64,000 nucleotides of DNA from a virus (lineage: Duplodnaviria > Caudoviricetes), in the IMG/VR virus record IMGVR_UViG_3300020577_006271, positions 32,001 to 96,000 of that record, one strand, 5' to 3'. Made by a program: the position numbers and the translations under genes. The number at the start of each line of letters is the position of its first letter. Within the stretch, counting starts at the first letter, position 1. The notes beneath the pieces were generated by a model. That model was not told the origin of the DNA and made no database searches. It worked only from the letters and a program-made list of their open reading frames with translations. Of the stretch, positions 20,071 to 28,600 are shown piece by piece.

Positions 20071-20904
20071 TCAAGATAGGTCATCGGATAGCATGGTTGG
20101 AGTTATTTTTAATCCAGGCGGCCCAATGATTTTTGGTCTAGGCATGTAATCAACAGCAAAGTCTGGTTCGCCCCATTCATTTGTGAAATCAACTCGCTTG
20201 ATGGTATATGCTTTCTGAACATCTGCTTGGTTTGCTGTAAATTCATTTCTTAGCATACCATGAACCGTTAACGGTACCGTAGCTTTAATGACTCGGTCTT
20301 CACCTGAGTTATTTATTTGTTCGAATTGAAACTCTCCCACATCCGTCGAAAATTGAAAATTATCTCCCCAAAGGCTTTGATCATACGTTAATACCTGTTC
20401 AACAATTGTATTTAATTGACTCTGTTGGTGCGTCCATATCATTAATTCGTAGTTAACTATGACAGTGGTAGGTATGACCGAAATCAAATATTCATATGAT
20501 TCATTGGTATTATCAGTGCGAGATAAATTGTTGAACTTATCCGCTTTATTTTTTGGTGGTAAATATAATAATTTACCAGCAACATCCGAAAATTGAAACA
20601 TTTCATCTTCTAATAATGAAATGCGTTTAATAACAATTAATGGCGCCATTAATTTATTGTCAGAAGTTCTTAATAACGCTCCATATTTTTGTATTTGTGC
20701 CCACTTTTCTCCGGCGGCCATTATGACTGGGACTTCTATCATTTCATTATCGGATTCAATCCGAAGTTTCATACCATTTTGTAATTGCCAAAGAATAGCA
20801 TAATCAATATCGTAGATAGTGATGGCAGGAATTAACTTACTATCACTATTTTCATCTTTCCTGATTAAAGACTTGTTGATATCTTTGGATTCTCTGAATT
20901 GCAT
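20071..20904 (-). CDS. tail sheath stabiliser/terminator (gp15-like)
   Basis: IYDIDYAI..VPVIMAAGEKW..PLIVIKR..YELMIWT; upstream of sheath. Confidence 0.7.
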   Translation of the reverse strand: MQFRESKDINKSLIRKDENSDSKLIPAITIYDIDYAILWQLQNGMKLRIESDNEMIEVPVIMAAGEKWAQIQKYGALLRTSDNKLMAPLIVIKRISLLEDEMFQFSDVAGKLLYLPPKNKADKFNNLSRTDNTNESYEYLISVIPTTVIVNYELMIWTHQQSQLNTIVEQVLTYDQSLWGDNFQFSTDVGEFQFEQINNSGEDRVIKATVPLTVHGMLRNEFTANQADVQKAYTIKRVDFTNEWGEPDFAVDYMPRPKIIGPPGLKITPTMLSDDLS

Positions 20905-21188
20905 TATAATACGGTTCCGCCGCTAATGTCGTCAAGTATGCCGATTGCTTTTCTGAAATCCCAATAAGAATGCCTTGTCGATTTGTCCCAATCGGCTATG
21001 TCATATTGTCTCATTATTTCCAAAATTTTATCTATATATGGAGCCATCTTCTTAATCGAGCGTTGTATAATTCGAGTATCTTCAGGAGTCCAGCCTTCAA
21101 GAGTTTTTTTAGTTGAAGATTCGTTCAATTTTTTATTAACGATTGATTCAGTTAATTTTACTATTTTCTTAATTTGATCTCTTGTCAT
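20904..21188 (-). CDS. hypothetical protein with MTKEQ-type leader
   Basis: MTRDQIKKIVKLTESIVNKKLNES. Confidence 0.7.
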   Translation of the reverse strand: MTRDQIKKIVKLTESIVNKKLNESSTKKTLEGWTPEDTRIIQRSIKKMAPYIDKILEIMRQYDIADWDKSTRHSYWDFRKAIGILDDISGGTVL

Positions 21189-21189
21189 A

Positions 21190-21528
21190 TCATTTATCCT
21201 TATTTTTTATGCCCTTCTTCAAGGAGCGAATTACCCAACGTAAAGTTTCAATGATATCATAATCGTCAAACTTTAATTTTTCTGAATGAAATTTATTTCC
21301 GTCGAGTGGTTCGGTATATTTAATGGTAATATCTGTTTTACCAATTGTTATTGGCTTAAACTCATAAACAGATTCCCATGTACCATTCGGTTCAATTGCA
21401 TACCATTCATCTTTAATGGATTGATCAATCAACGTGTTTGCTTCGTCAACCAATTTTTTAACTTGGAACGGTATATTAGTTCCTCCAGTAGCTTCGTTTA
21501 ATTGAAATATGTCTTTAAATTTTATCAT
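21190..21528 (-). CDS. hypothetical protein with MIKFK-type leader
   Basis: MIKFKDIFQLNEA; AAGGA upstream. Confidence 0.75.
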   Translation of the reverse strand: MIKFKDIFQLNEATGGTNIPFQVKKLVDEANTLIDQSIKDEWYAIEPNGTWESVYEFKPITIGKTDITIKYTEPLDGNKFHSEKLKFDDYDIIETLRWVIRSLKKGIKNKDK

Positions 21529-21540
21529 TTTAATCCTTAT

Positions 21541-21747
21541 TTATCGTATCCTAGGTTCAATATAATCTAACGCTTCAAGGGCATCGCGTTTAGTATATAT
21601 TTGACGTCCAGTTTTTTCTTGAGCTAAATTAATTAATTTTTGCAGGGCCACTTTATATTCAGTTCCCGCTTTCCTTTTTTGCATAATTGATAGCAAATTA
21701 TCAATTTCTGAATTAGACTCATTTAATATATCTTTAAATTTTATCAT
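21541..21747 (-). CDS. hypothetical protein with MIKFK-type leader
   Basis: MIKFKDILNES. Confidence 0.75.
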   Translation of the reverse strand: MIKFKDILNESNSEIDNLLSIMQKRKAGTEYKVALQKLINLAQEKTGRQIYTKRDALEALDYIEPRIR

Positions 21748-21793
21748 TATATTGCTGCCTTTATTGATGAAAGAAATCTTGTTTTAAATAATT

Positions 21794-22192
21794 CTACAAT
21801 TTGGTTTGTCTAATTATTGAATCGGGTATTATTAATCTAGGAAATTCTTTCCTATCAAACCATTTAAAATTTAAATTGAATTTGGTATTTAATAGGTTTT
21901 CAATCGGTTCTATAAATGATTCTAAATCATTAGGTATATTTCTACGATTGATAAAATATATTTCTACCGCATTCCATGCATCTTTAGTTGCGTAAACTTT
22001 ATAATCACCAGCGGATGTAATTTTTCGTTGAGTTTTACCATCGGTTCCTCTGATTATAGTTGGGGCCGCCCTTTCTATATAACCCCCTTTTAAATCAGTC
22101 GTTGACATATATTTTTCAATCAACCTTTTAATTTGTTGTTGAACTCGAATCACATCATTTGATTCTAATAATATATCTTTAAATTTTATCAT
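21794..22192 (-). CDS. hypothetical protein with MIKFK-type leader
   Basis: MIKFKDILLES. Confidence 0.75.
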   Translation of the reverse strand: MIKFKDILLESNDVIRVQQQIKRLIEKYMSTTDLKGGYIERAAPTIIRGTDGKTQRKITSAGDYKVYATKDAWNAVEIYFINRRNIPNDLESFIEPIENLLNTKFNLNFKWFDRKEFPRLIIPDSIIRQTKL

Positions 22193-22204
22193 TTTTTTTC
22201 CTGT

Positions 22205-23299
22205 TTATACTGCTGCGCTCAATGCTGTTAAAAATCGGGTTTTGAATAATTCAGATATTTGGCCTGTCTTTTGTAATTCGTTTGCCAATTGACTTATTTG
22301 ATCTGCTGTGCCATTGGGGTTGGCTTTCTTTGCCTGGTATAAAAATTGCTTGGCCATTCCTGCAAACGAATTACCTAGAAATTCAATCATATCTAATTTC
22401 CAAGCTGGATCAACACCTTGTACAACTGGTGCTGCTGGTGCAGGTGCTGTTACTGGTGCAGGTGCTGCTAATGGAGCTTCATTTATTTTTTTTGATTCTG
22501 TTAGATTTCTTCCGTTGATAGATATAATATCCAGATCGCTTGATTTTTTATCATCCCATTTACCTTGGTTAGTTAATATGTATTCTTGTTTATGAAAAGA
22601 TGATTTTAATCCACGTTGATTCATATCACGCACACTATACTCTTCTTCAACATATATCGAACGTATTGGGTTAGTATGGTCAAGTTTAACAACCTTTAAT
22701 ACATCTCCATTTCTAATAGTAACGCTGTCACCAACCTTTAGTTTTTTTGATATGTCGATTTTTTTAGATTCATTTACCGTATAAGTTTGCCTAAAACCAT
22801 TTTTATCCATCGGATGACCTAAGGTAACTTCATCAGTTTCTCCATCATCAGATTTTAGAAATAACTCCTGATATGATCCGTAATTTTTAAAATCGGTTAC
22901 CTTGAATTTCTTTTTATCCAATTTACGATAAACGAATGTGTTTTTCCAGCCGCCATCAACAGATTCACCTAAATTAGGATTGAACACATCTGAACCTGGA
23001 TGATATTTATCAATTAACCTGTCAATTATTTGTTCAAGTTTAACGCCAGCAGATTTTGCATCCGTTCTAAGTTGACCTAATATTAATTTGAAATTATTTT
23101 GATCTATTGTTCCAGCTCTTTTTGCCGATGCTAATTGATTGATGAAATTTTTCTGGGTCATCGTTCCAGATATTACATCTCCGATTGCAAAGATTGCTTC
23201 TCTTTTATTTTGGAATGGTGCAACTGTTGATTCATTCAATTTTTTATTGATTGTCGTCTCAACTAATCTAACAATTTCTCTTAAACTATTTTTATTCAT
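22205..23299 (-). CDS. putative internal head polyprotein with MTKEQ-like leader
   Basis: Start at ATG 23299 (AAGGAAAATAAAATG): MNKNSLREIVRLVETTINKKLNES; internal LGES, VNES, LTESKKINEA sites. Confidence 0.65.
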   Translation of the reverse strand: MNKNSLREIVRLVETTINKKLNESTVAPFQNKREAIFAIGDVISGTMTQKNFINQLASAKRAGTIDQNNFKLILGQLRTDAKSAGVKLEQIIDRLIDKYHPGSDVFNPNLGESVDGGWKNTFVYRKLDKKKFKVTDFKNYGSYQELFLKSDDGETDEVTLGHPMDKNGFRQTYTVNESKKIDISKKLKVGDSVTIRNGDVLKVVKLDHTNPIRSIYVEEEYSVRDMNQRGLKSSFHKQEYILTNQGKWDDKKSSDLDIISINGRNLTESKKINEAPLAAPAPVTAPAPAAPVVQGVDPAWKLDMIEFLGNSFAGMAKQFLYQAKKANPNGTADQISQLANELQKTGQISELFKTRFLTALSAAV

Positions 23300-23400
23300 T
23301 TTATTTTCCTTTAATGTTTTAAATTGCAATTTACCTGCTACAAAATCGCCATTTTCTTTTTTAAAATAATGATGCCATTCACCAGGATCATTTTCCTGAG

Positions 23401-23574
23401 TCAAACATCTAACAAATCCATTACTGACATATACACATTCTTCGGGTTATCTCCAACTAATATGTCAAAGGCATTATTAGTATCAATACCTTTTTCAGCT
23501 AAATAATCTTCTATTTCAGAAAATTGAATTTTATTTATATTAGTTCCCCGGATGTTATATTGTTGACTTTTCAT
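23401..23574 (-). CDS. small hypothetical protein (57 aa)
   Basis: Manual translation MKSQQYNIRG...MDLLDV; ATGA overlap with the neck gene. Confidence 0.5.
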   Translation of the reverse strand: MKSQQYNIRGTNINKIQFSEIEDYLAEKGIDTNNAFDILVGDNPKNVYMSVMDLLDV

Positions 23575-24725
23575 TTAATATATATTTTCATTGGCACTGC
23601 TGACAGTTGTGTCATCAACGCATCCGTTTGCTCAGTACGTTTGGCCATCTGAGCTTGATATCCTAAAGCATCTAATAATTCTTTTAATTCAGTGGTCATA
23701 GTTTCTTGTTCTGTTTTTCCCTGCTCAACCAACATATCACCATTTAATGTAATTTCAGTATCTGGTATTGGTAAGGTCGAATATTTGTTTCTTATCAATC
23801 CCAACATTATCTTAGCTGATGCTAAAGCATATCGGCGAATCCAATGTTTAGAAATGGAATTTAACCTAGAATAACTTACAACTTCATATGGTATATTACT
23901 AATATCCGAAATTATATGATTTAAACCGCCTAGGGCTGATTCTGTTAGACTTTCTAAGTCTTCACTATCCAAAGTATAATTAAACCATAATTTGCCAACA
24001 GATTGAGGGATAGGGAATATTTGGAATCTGCTACCAGTCAATTTAAATGAATATCCAGATTTAAGTATTTCATCTTGTAACTCTATGGCTTGCATTAACT
24101 GAACAGAATAGTTTAATGGCATTAACACCATTTCACCTTGACCTACTCCAAATTCGGCATCGAAATCTTGTAGACCCATACCACGGCCGTATATTCGCTT
24201 GCTGGCAGGAACTCTGTTATGAAAGATTTTTTTAATTGTGAATTTATCAGTGGACGCATCTCCCATTTCTAAGTCGGTGTCGACATCACTTGTTAAATCA
24301 TAAACCTGCCTGCCAGGCTCTAAATTAATTGATCCAGAATACCAATTTTGTTTTCCACCCGATGGACCTGCAATACCATATTGTTCAGATAATTTAAAAA
24401 TACCTTTCAATGTTGGTTTAACATATTGTCCAGTCAAATTAATATCAACGGACGACCCTTGCAAATCTAATAAAGTATCCTTTGCTTGAGCTGAATTTAA
24501 AAGCTCACAATAATATAGTATAGATTCTTCATATGCTGCATAAAAGTTAATATCAATTAATTCCACATCTACAATTGGATAACCTAAAGATGTTGCCGCC
24601 CATTTAGCAAATTTATCAATATCCTTACGAAAATTCGAATCGCTATCAAAGTAGCCATATGGAGTTTTTCCAACAGCAAAAGTAGATTGGCCAGGCCATG
24701 TATTAACAATTGGTTCTTGTGCCAT
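23571..24725 (-). CDS. neck/head-tail adaptor protein (gp13-like)
   Basis: LGYPIVDVEL..WIRRYALA..KIMLGLIRNKY..ITLNG. Confidence 0.85.
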   Translation of the reverse strand: MAQEPIVNTWPGQSTFAVGKTPYGYFDSDSNFRKDIDKFAKWAATSLGYPIVDVELIDINFYAAYEESILYYCELLNSAQAKDTLLDLQGSSVDINLTGQYVKPTLKGIFKLSEQYGIAGPSGGKQNWYSGSINLEPGRQVYDLTSDVDTDLEMGDASTDKFTIKKIFHNRVPASKRIYGRGMGLQDFDAEFGVGQGEMVLMPLNYSVQLMQAIELQDEILKSGYSFKLTGSRFQIFPIPQSVGKLWFNYTLDSEDLESLTESALGGLNHIISDISNIPYEVVSYSRLNSISKHWIRRYALASAKIMLGLIRNKYSTLPIPDTEITLNGDMLVEQGKTEQETMTTELKELLDALGYQAQMAKRTEQTDALMTQLSAVPMKIYIK

Positions 24726-25060
24726 TAAATATCTGTGACCTCATTATTGTTTACGATTAAATCATTTTTCAATGCTTGATATGCAGCTTTATATGGATTT
24801 CCTCCAGACGTATAATCATATGGGAATATAAATCCAATTCTAGTTAATGGACGAACATTTTGTTGGCGTGCTTCCTGTGATGCATATATAAAAGCAAAGG
24901 CAGCACATTCAACAGTTGGAGTGAATTCAATAATTGTTCTATCCGATAATTCCTTTTCAGTTTCCATATCAGATATAGAAATCGTTATCTTTTGAATCCT
25001 AGCATATACGTCTTGGAATTCTTGATCCTGAAATGTGTATGATTTTAATTTTAGTGCCAT
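24725..25060 (-). CDS. hypothetical virion-associated protein
   Basis: MALK..YARIQKI..NPYKAAYQALK; preceded by the late motif. Confidence 0.55.
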   Translation of the reverse strand: MALKLKSYTFQDQEFQDVYARIQKITISISDMETEKELSDRTIIEFTPTVECAAFAFIYASQEARQQNVRPLTRIGFIFPYDYTSGGNPYKAAYQALKNDLIVNNNEVTDI

Positions 25061-25081
25061 AAGTTTTATTAATAAATAGTT

Positions 25082-25312
25082 TCAAAAAACTTTTATCAAC
25101 GAACTTTGGATTTCAGATAATTGTTTGAATTTAAGCTTATAAATTTGTCCAAATTTATTATCATCTTGACTGTCTAATATTGAATCGATTTTAATATCAA
25201 TTCCGTGCTCATCCTCATCAATAATAATAGCAGAAAAACAATGGTGAAACTTATCCAACATAAATTTATTTGGATCTACATTTGCCAATCGGTACTTTCC
25301 TAAATATTTCAT
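25082..25312 (-). CDS. hypothetical protein
   Basis: 76 aa ORF with its own promoter. Confidence 0.55.
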   Translation of the reverse strand: MKYLGKYRLANVDPNKFMLDKFHHCFSAIIIDEDEHGIDIKIDSILDSQDDNKFGQIYKLKFKQLSEIQSSLIKVF

Positions 25313-25328
25313 TTTAATATATTTTCAA

Positions 25329-25359
25329 CAAATATACAACATTATTTTTATATTACAAA
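25329..25359 (-). promoter_or_regulatory. Bacteroidota-type promoter
   Basis: TTTG-N19-TATATTTG. Confidence 0.65.
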
Positions 25360-25363
25360 AAAT

Positions 25364-25855
25364 TTATTGAAATGAAACTGATTTTAATTCAGTTGGCGAT
25401 TGGTTTACAGTTACGACTGAGTCTTGTGTTTTTTTCAAAGTCATAAAATAATTTGCTTCTCCGGCAGTTGTTGTGAATCTAAAATATTGTCCGGCTGGAA
25501 TAATATAGATAAGGTTGTGTTTTAACACATGCCCAGTAACGTTTTCAATTATGTGACCTGATTTCAATTGAATATAAATATCGAAATCGGCAATGGCCGT
25601 TATTCCTTTATTGCTGTCATCAGTTACATGCACATCATAATTAATTATCGATTCATTTGTAGGTAAAAACAAACGATGAACAGTTTGATTGCCGATTGTC
25701 ATGACTGTGTTAATTGGTTGCACATCCAGTATATCATATTGCAAATCTAAAGTGTGTTCATATTTCGAATGGCTTTGTAAAGCATACTGACCATTTGCCC
25801 ATTCAATGAACACTTTGAAGAAATTTTCTTTTAAGTTATCTAGCATTTTGTTCAT
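25364..25855 (-). CDS. hypothetical protein
   Basis: 163 aa ORF coupled to the upstream membrane protein gene. Confidence 0.55.
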   Translation of the reverse strand: MNKMLDNLKENFFKVFIEWANGQYALQSHSKYEHTLDLQYDILDVQPINTVMTIGNQTVHRLFLPTNESIINYDVHVTDDSNKGITAIADFDIYIQLKSGHIIENVTGHVLKHNLIYIIPAGQYFRFTTTAGEANYFMTLKKTQDSVVTVNQSPTELKSVSFQ

Positions 25856-26235
25856 TGTATATTCCCCGGAATAGATTCATTATTTAATTTGTCTATAATT
25901 ATATTCAACTTATGAATTTCATTTTTCTGAGTTGTTATAATTTCATCTTTTTGGCGAAGTTCGTTTTGAAGACTATCGACAATTGTTGCAAATTCAGTTC
26001 TCTGTGCAAGTGTTTTTTCCGTCATTTTCGTAACGAAAGCATTTAAGTTTTCAATCGTTTCAATTGACGACTGTGAAATTCTTTTAACCGTATCATGTTC
26101 CGTGCCAGTGACTTCAACTTCACCAAGACGTTTCTTGAATTTATTAAAAATAATAGCGGTAAAAGCTCCAAAAATAGCTGTTATCGCCGGTACAATAAAA
26201 TTAAAGTACTCGGACCATTTAGTTATGTCAATCAT
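25852..26235 (-). CDS. membrane-anchored coiled-coil protein (holin-like)
   Basis: Single N-terminal TM segment FIVPAITAIFGAFTAIIF, then basic residues and coiled coil. Confidence 0.45.
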   Translation of the reverse strand: MIDITKWSEYFNFIVPAITAIFGAFTAIIFNKFKKRLGEVEVTGTEHDTVKRISQSSIETIENLNAFVTKMTEKTLAQRTEFATIVDSLQNELRQKDEIITTQKNEIHKLNIIIDKLNNESIPGNIQ

Positions 26236-26415
26236 TCATTCATCCTCTTTCTTATAAGTACTTCAATCATTTTTCTATTTATAAATAGTTAATTTTTTAT
26301 TTTTCAATGTTTACTGGTTTATAAGTAACATTGTAAATCACTAATTCATTAATTTTCAAAGACTTATCATCAAATGATGTTGCATAAGTTTGTATTTATC
26401 TTACCAAAAATGATG

Positions 26416-27345
26416 TTATTTTGTTAATTGCCCATCCATCCAACATGTATATTGCATATTATCAATTAATTTTGCTGGATCTTTAATTGAAAGCCATACA
26501 TTTTTATTAAATAATCTAGCAATAGCCCCTGTATGGCACATTGAACCACCACGTGTGGTTAATATTGCTTTGAATTTTAATAATTTTTCAAGGTCGTCAA
26601 AGGTGGTATCGTCAGTTAGAAATAAGCACTCACTTGGACATGCATGATTAATATCTCTAGTTAAGATGCCAGTAACTCGATCTGTTGCGATTGTATATAC
26701 TGCAAATGTGACATGTTCTCCAGACACCGCTATGACTTCTTCTAGAGTTTCGCTGGCAGTATCTTTAAGGTTTCGTGTCTGCAAAAAATATACCGTACCA
26801 TCACTGACAGTAATTTCTATCTCTTGATCACAATTAAAATGTTTTAAAATTTTTTGTATATCAGAATATATAGGTAAATTCCGAGACAATGTAATCTCCA
26901 TTGGTGTAACAGCCCCAGCCATCAATTGATCGCCTGGAACATTTGCATATTGCATAGTACTGTCTCCATTCAACCTAGCGTGGATCACCGCAGAAAAATC
27001 ATTAGATGCAATTACTGGAATATAATTTTGTATGATACACTCAACTTGAAATAACCCAGCATAATTAATCTGTGTCAAAAATTCTCTAACTCGTTTGGAT
27101 TGTCCTGAATTGAAGACTTTTTTAACATATTCAGAAATCTCTTCCTTCTTTATGTCTAGATATGTGTTCATACGACCCGGAGTTGATATCGTACCGGATG
27201 AACGGACTGAAACCCGATCTGTTAAAAATATATCGGATATTGCTAAATCAACTTCATCTTCCGACTGTAAAGTTCTGAAATATGGGACATTTAATCCCAG
27301 TTCCATCAATTTATCTAGGTTACTGGCTTTACTCATTTGTAACAA
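26416..27345 (-). CDS. minimal PEP-utilising (PPDK/PEP synthase-like) enzyme: ATP-grasp plus phosphohistidine domain
   Basis: KASNL..GLNVP, SVRSSG..PGRMNT, EIE..YFLQTR, GGSMCHTGAIAR. Confidence 0.8.
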   Translation of the reverse strand: MLQMSKASNLDKLMELGLNVPYFRTLQSEDEVDLAISDIFLTDRVSVRSSGTISTPGRMNTYLDIKKEEISEYVKKVFNSGQSKRVREFLTQINYAGLFQVECIIQNYIPVIASNDFSAVIHARLNGDSTMQYANVPGDQLMAGAVTPMEITLSRNLPIYSDIQKILKHFNCDQEIEITVSDGTVYFLQTRNLKDTASETLEEVIAVSGEHVTFAVYTIATDRVTGILTRDINHACPSECLFLTDDTTFDDLEKLLKFKAILTTRGGSMCHTGAIARLFNKNVWLSIKDPAKLIDNMQYTCWMDGQLTK

Positions 27346-28034
27346 TATTTATAATTAAATGATCCATCATCATTAAATAACTGATCTAATTCATTTAGAT
27401 CATATTCATGATAATTGAAATTAATTTTAGTACTGCCTTGGGCAAGTTTATATGCTCTCATGGCAGCTATTTGTTCTGGAGTTATCCTGAAATGTTTCTT
27501 ATTTTTTTCAAATTTACCATCGCTGTAATTGTTATAACTAACTTCAAATTCAAAGGTGAATTCACAATCTGTTAGCATTGCACCAGTCAATTTAAGCCAT
27601 CCATTACGTTCAAACGCCGAATATCCATCCGAAGAATCTTTAAATTTTCCATGTTCGAGCAATTCATGGCTTAAATAATGATGCTGACTGTAACCACATT
27701 CGTAAAAATCACCGTTGGGTGCTATAGCACCATATAATGTATCTCCTGTAGATACTGATGTTATATCATCCGGCTGAAGTGGATTATTTGCGATTATACG
27801 GTATTGTATGGTTATTGTATCTTGAGTATCAATAACCTTTACATCTTTATCTCGTTGTAATTGAAACTTCTCTCCAGCATAAATATCATTTGCTATCTCG
27901 GAAAATTTATATTCATACATATACAATGGATATGTAATTACGCAGGAGCCTTCAACAACTTTAATATTGCACATTTCAACTTCAACATCTAATGATGTCA
28001 ACGTATCATAAACGTATTGAATTAATTCTTCCAT
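27333..28034 (-). CDS. hypothetical protein
   Basis: GAIAPNGDFYECGYSQH...GWLKL motif; function unknown. Confidence 0.6.
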   Translation of the reverse strand: MEELIQYVYDTLTSLDVEVEMCNIKVVEGSCVITYPLYMYEYKFSEIANDIYAGEKFQLQRDKDVKVIDTQDTITIQYRIIANNPLQPDDITSVSTGDTLYGAIAPNGDFYECGYSQHHYLSHELLEHGKFKDSSDGYSAFERNGWLKLTGAMLTDCEFTFEFEVSYNNYSDGKFEKNKKHFRITPEQIAAMRAYKLAQGSTKINFNYHEYDLNELDQLFNDDGSFNYKYCYK

Positions 28035-28513
28035 TATTTTTTTATTTTTAAAATTACTTCACCATCTTCAGATGTACCAGCAAGAGTTATTGGTTCATAA
28101 TCAAATCCACCTAAATCTTGTTCAATATTTTTAGGAAGTCCAATATATAATAATTCAGCGGACCCTGATACAAATATTGCCCCGTCAATTAAATCACTGT
28201 GGTGGCAAGGTCTGCATAAAAGGAACAGTGCTCTGTCTGGATTCAAACCTAACATCTTAGCTATATGGCACTGCAAAATTTCTTCCGGAAATAGATGTAT
28301 TGATCCTTCCCCATTTGTCAAATCTCGTAGGATTGAATAAGATTTGTGATAATCTAAAAACATGTCTATTCCGATTATCTTTTTAGCTCCTGCGATTACT
28401 AAGGCTTGAAGTAGTTCAGCTTCGGCACCACATCCAACATCTACTATAATTCTGTCACCTGCGTATTCAACAATACTTTGGCATAATTCTTTGTTTGGTT
28501 TGAAAAATCTCAT
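28034..28513 (-). CDS. class I SAM-dependent methyltransferase-like protein
   Basis: IVDVGCG, IIGID, LLCRPCH. Confidence 0.7.
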   Translation of the reverse strand: MRFFKPNKELCQSIVEYAGDRIIVDVGCGAEAELLQALVIAGAKKIIGIDMFLDYHKSYSILRDLTNGEGSIHLFPEEILQCHIAKMLGLNPDRALFLLCRPCHHSDLIDGAIFVSGSAELLYIGLPKNIEQDLGGFDYEPITLAGTSEDGEVILKIKK

Positions 28514-28544
28514 TTTACTTTTATTTTATTTTTAATTAATACCG

Positions 28545-28576
28545 TAAAGTTATAATGATAATTTGACATTACCAAA
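28545..28576 (-). promoter_or_regulatory. Bacteroidota-type promoter of the MTase-PPDK operon
   Basis: TTTG-N20-TAACTTTA. Confidence 0.5.
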
Positions 28577-28600
28577 TAATTAACAAAATTTTAACGGAAA

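Noticed and set aside
23300-23404. TTG start at 23404 for the polyprotein (also TTG 5807 and ATG 30535 for other ORFs)
   Set aside because: Better-supported downstream ATGs with an SD or leader, or the longer starts overlap promoter boxes
26291-26415. Intergenic inverted repeat CAATGTT..AACATTG as ncRNA or origin
   Set aside because: Weak AT-rich stem with no additional support
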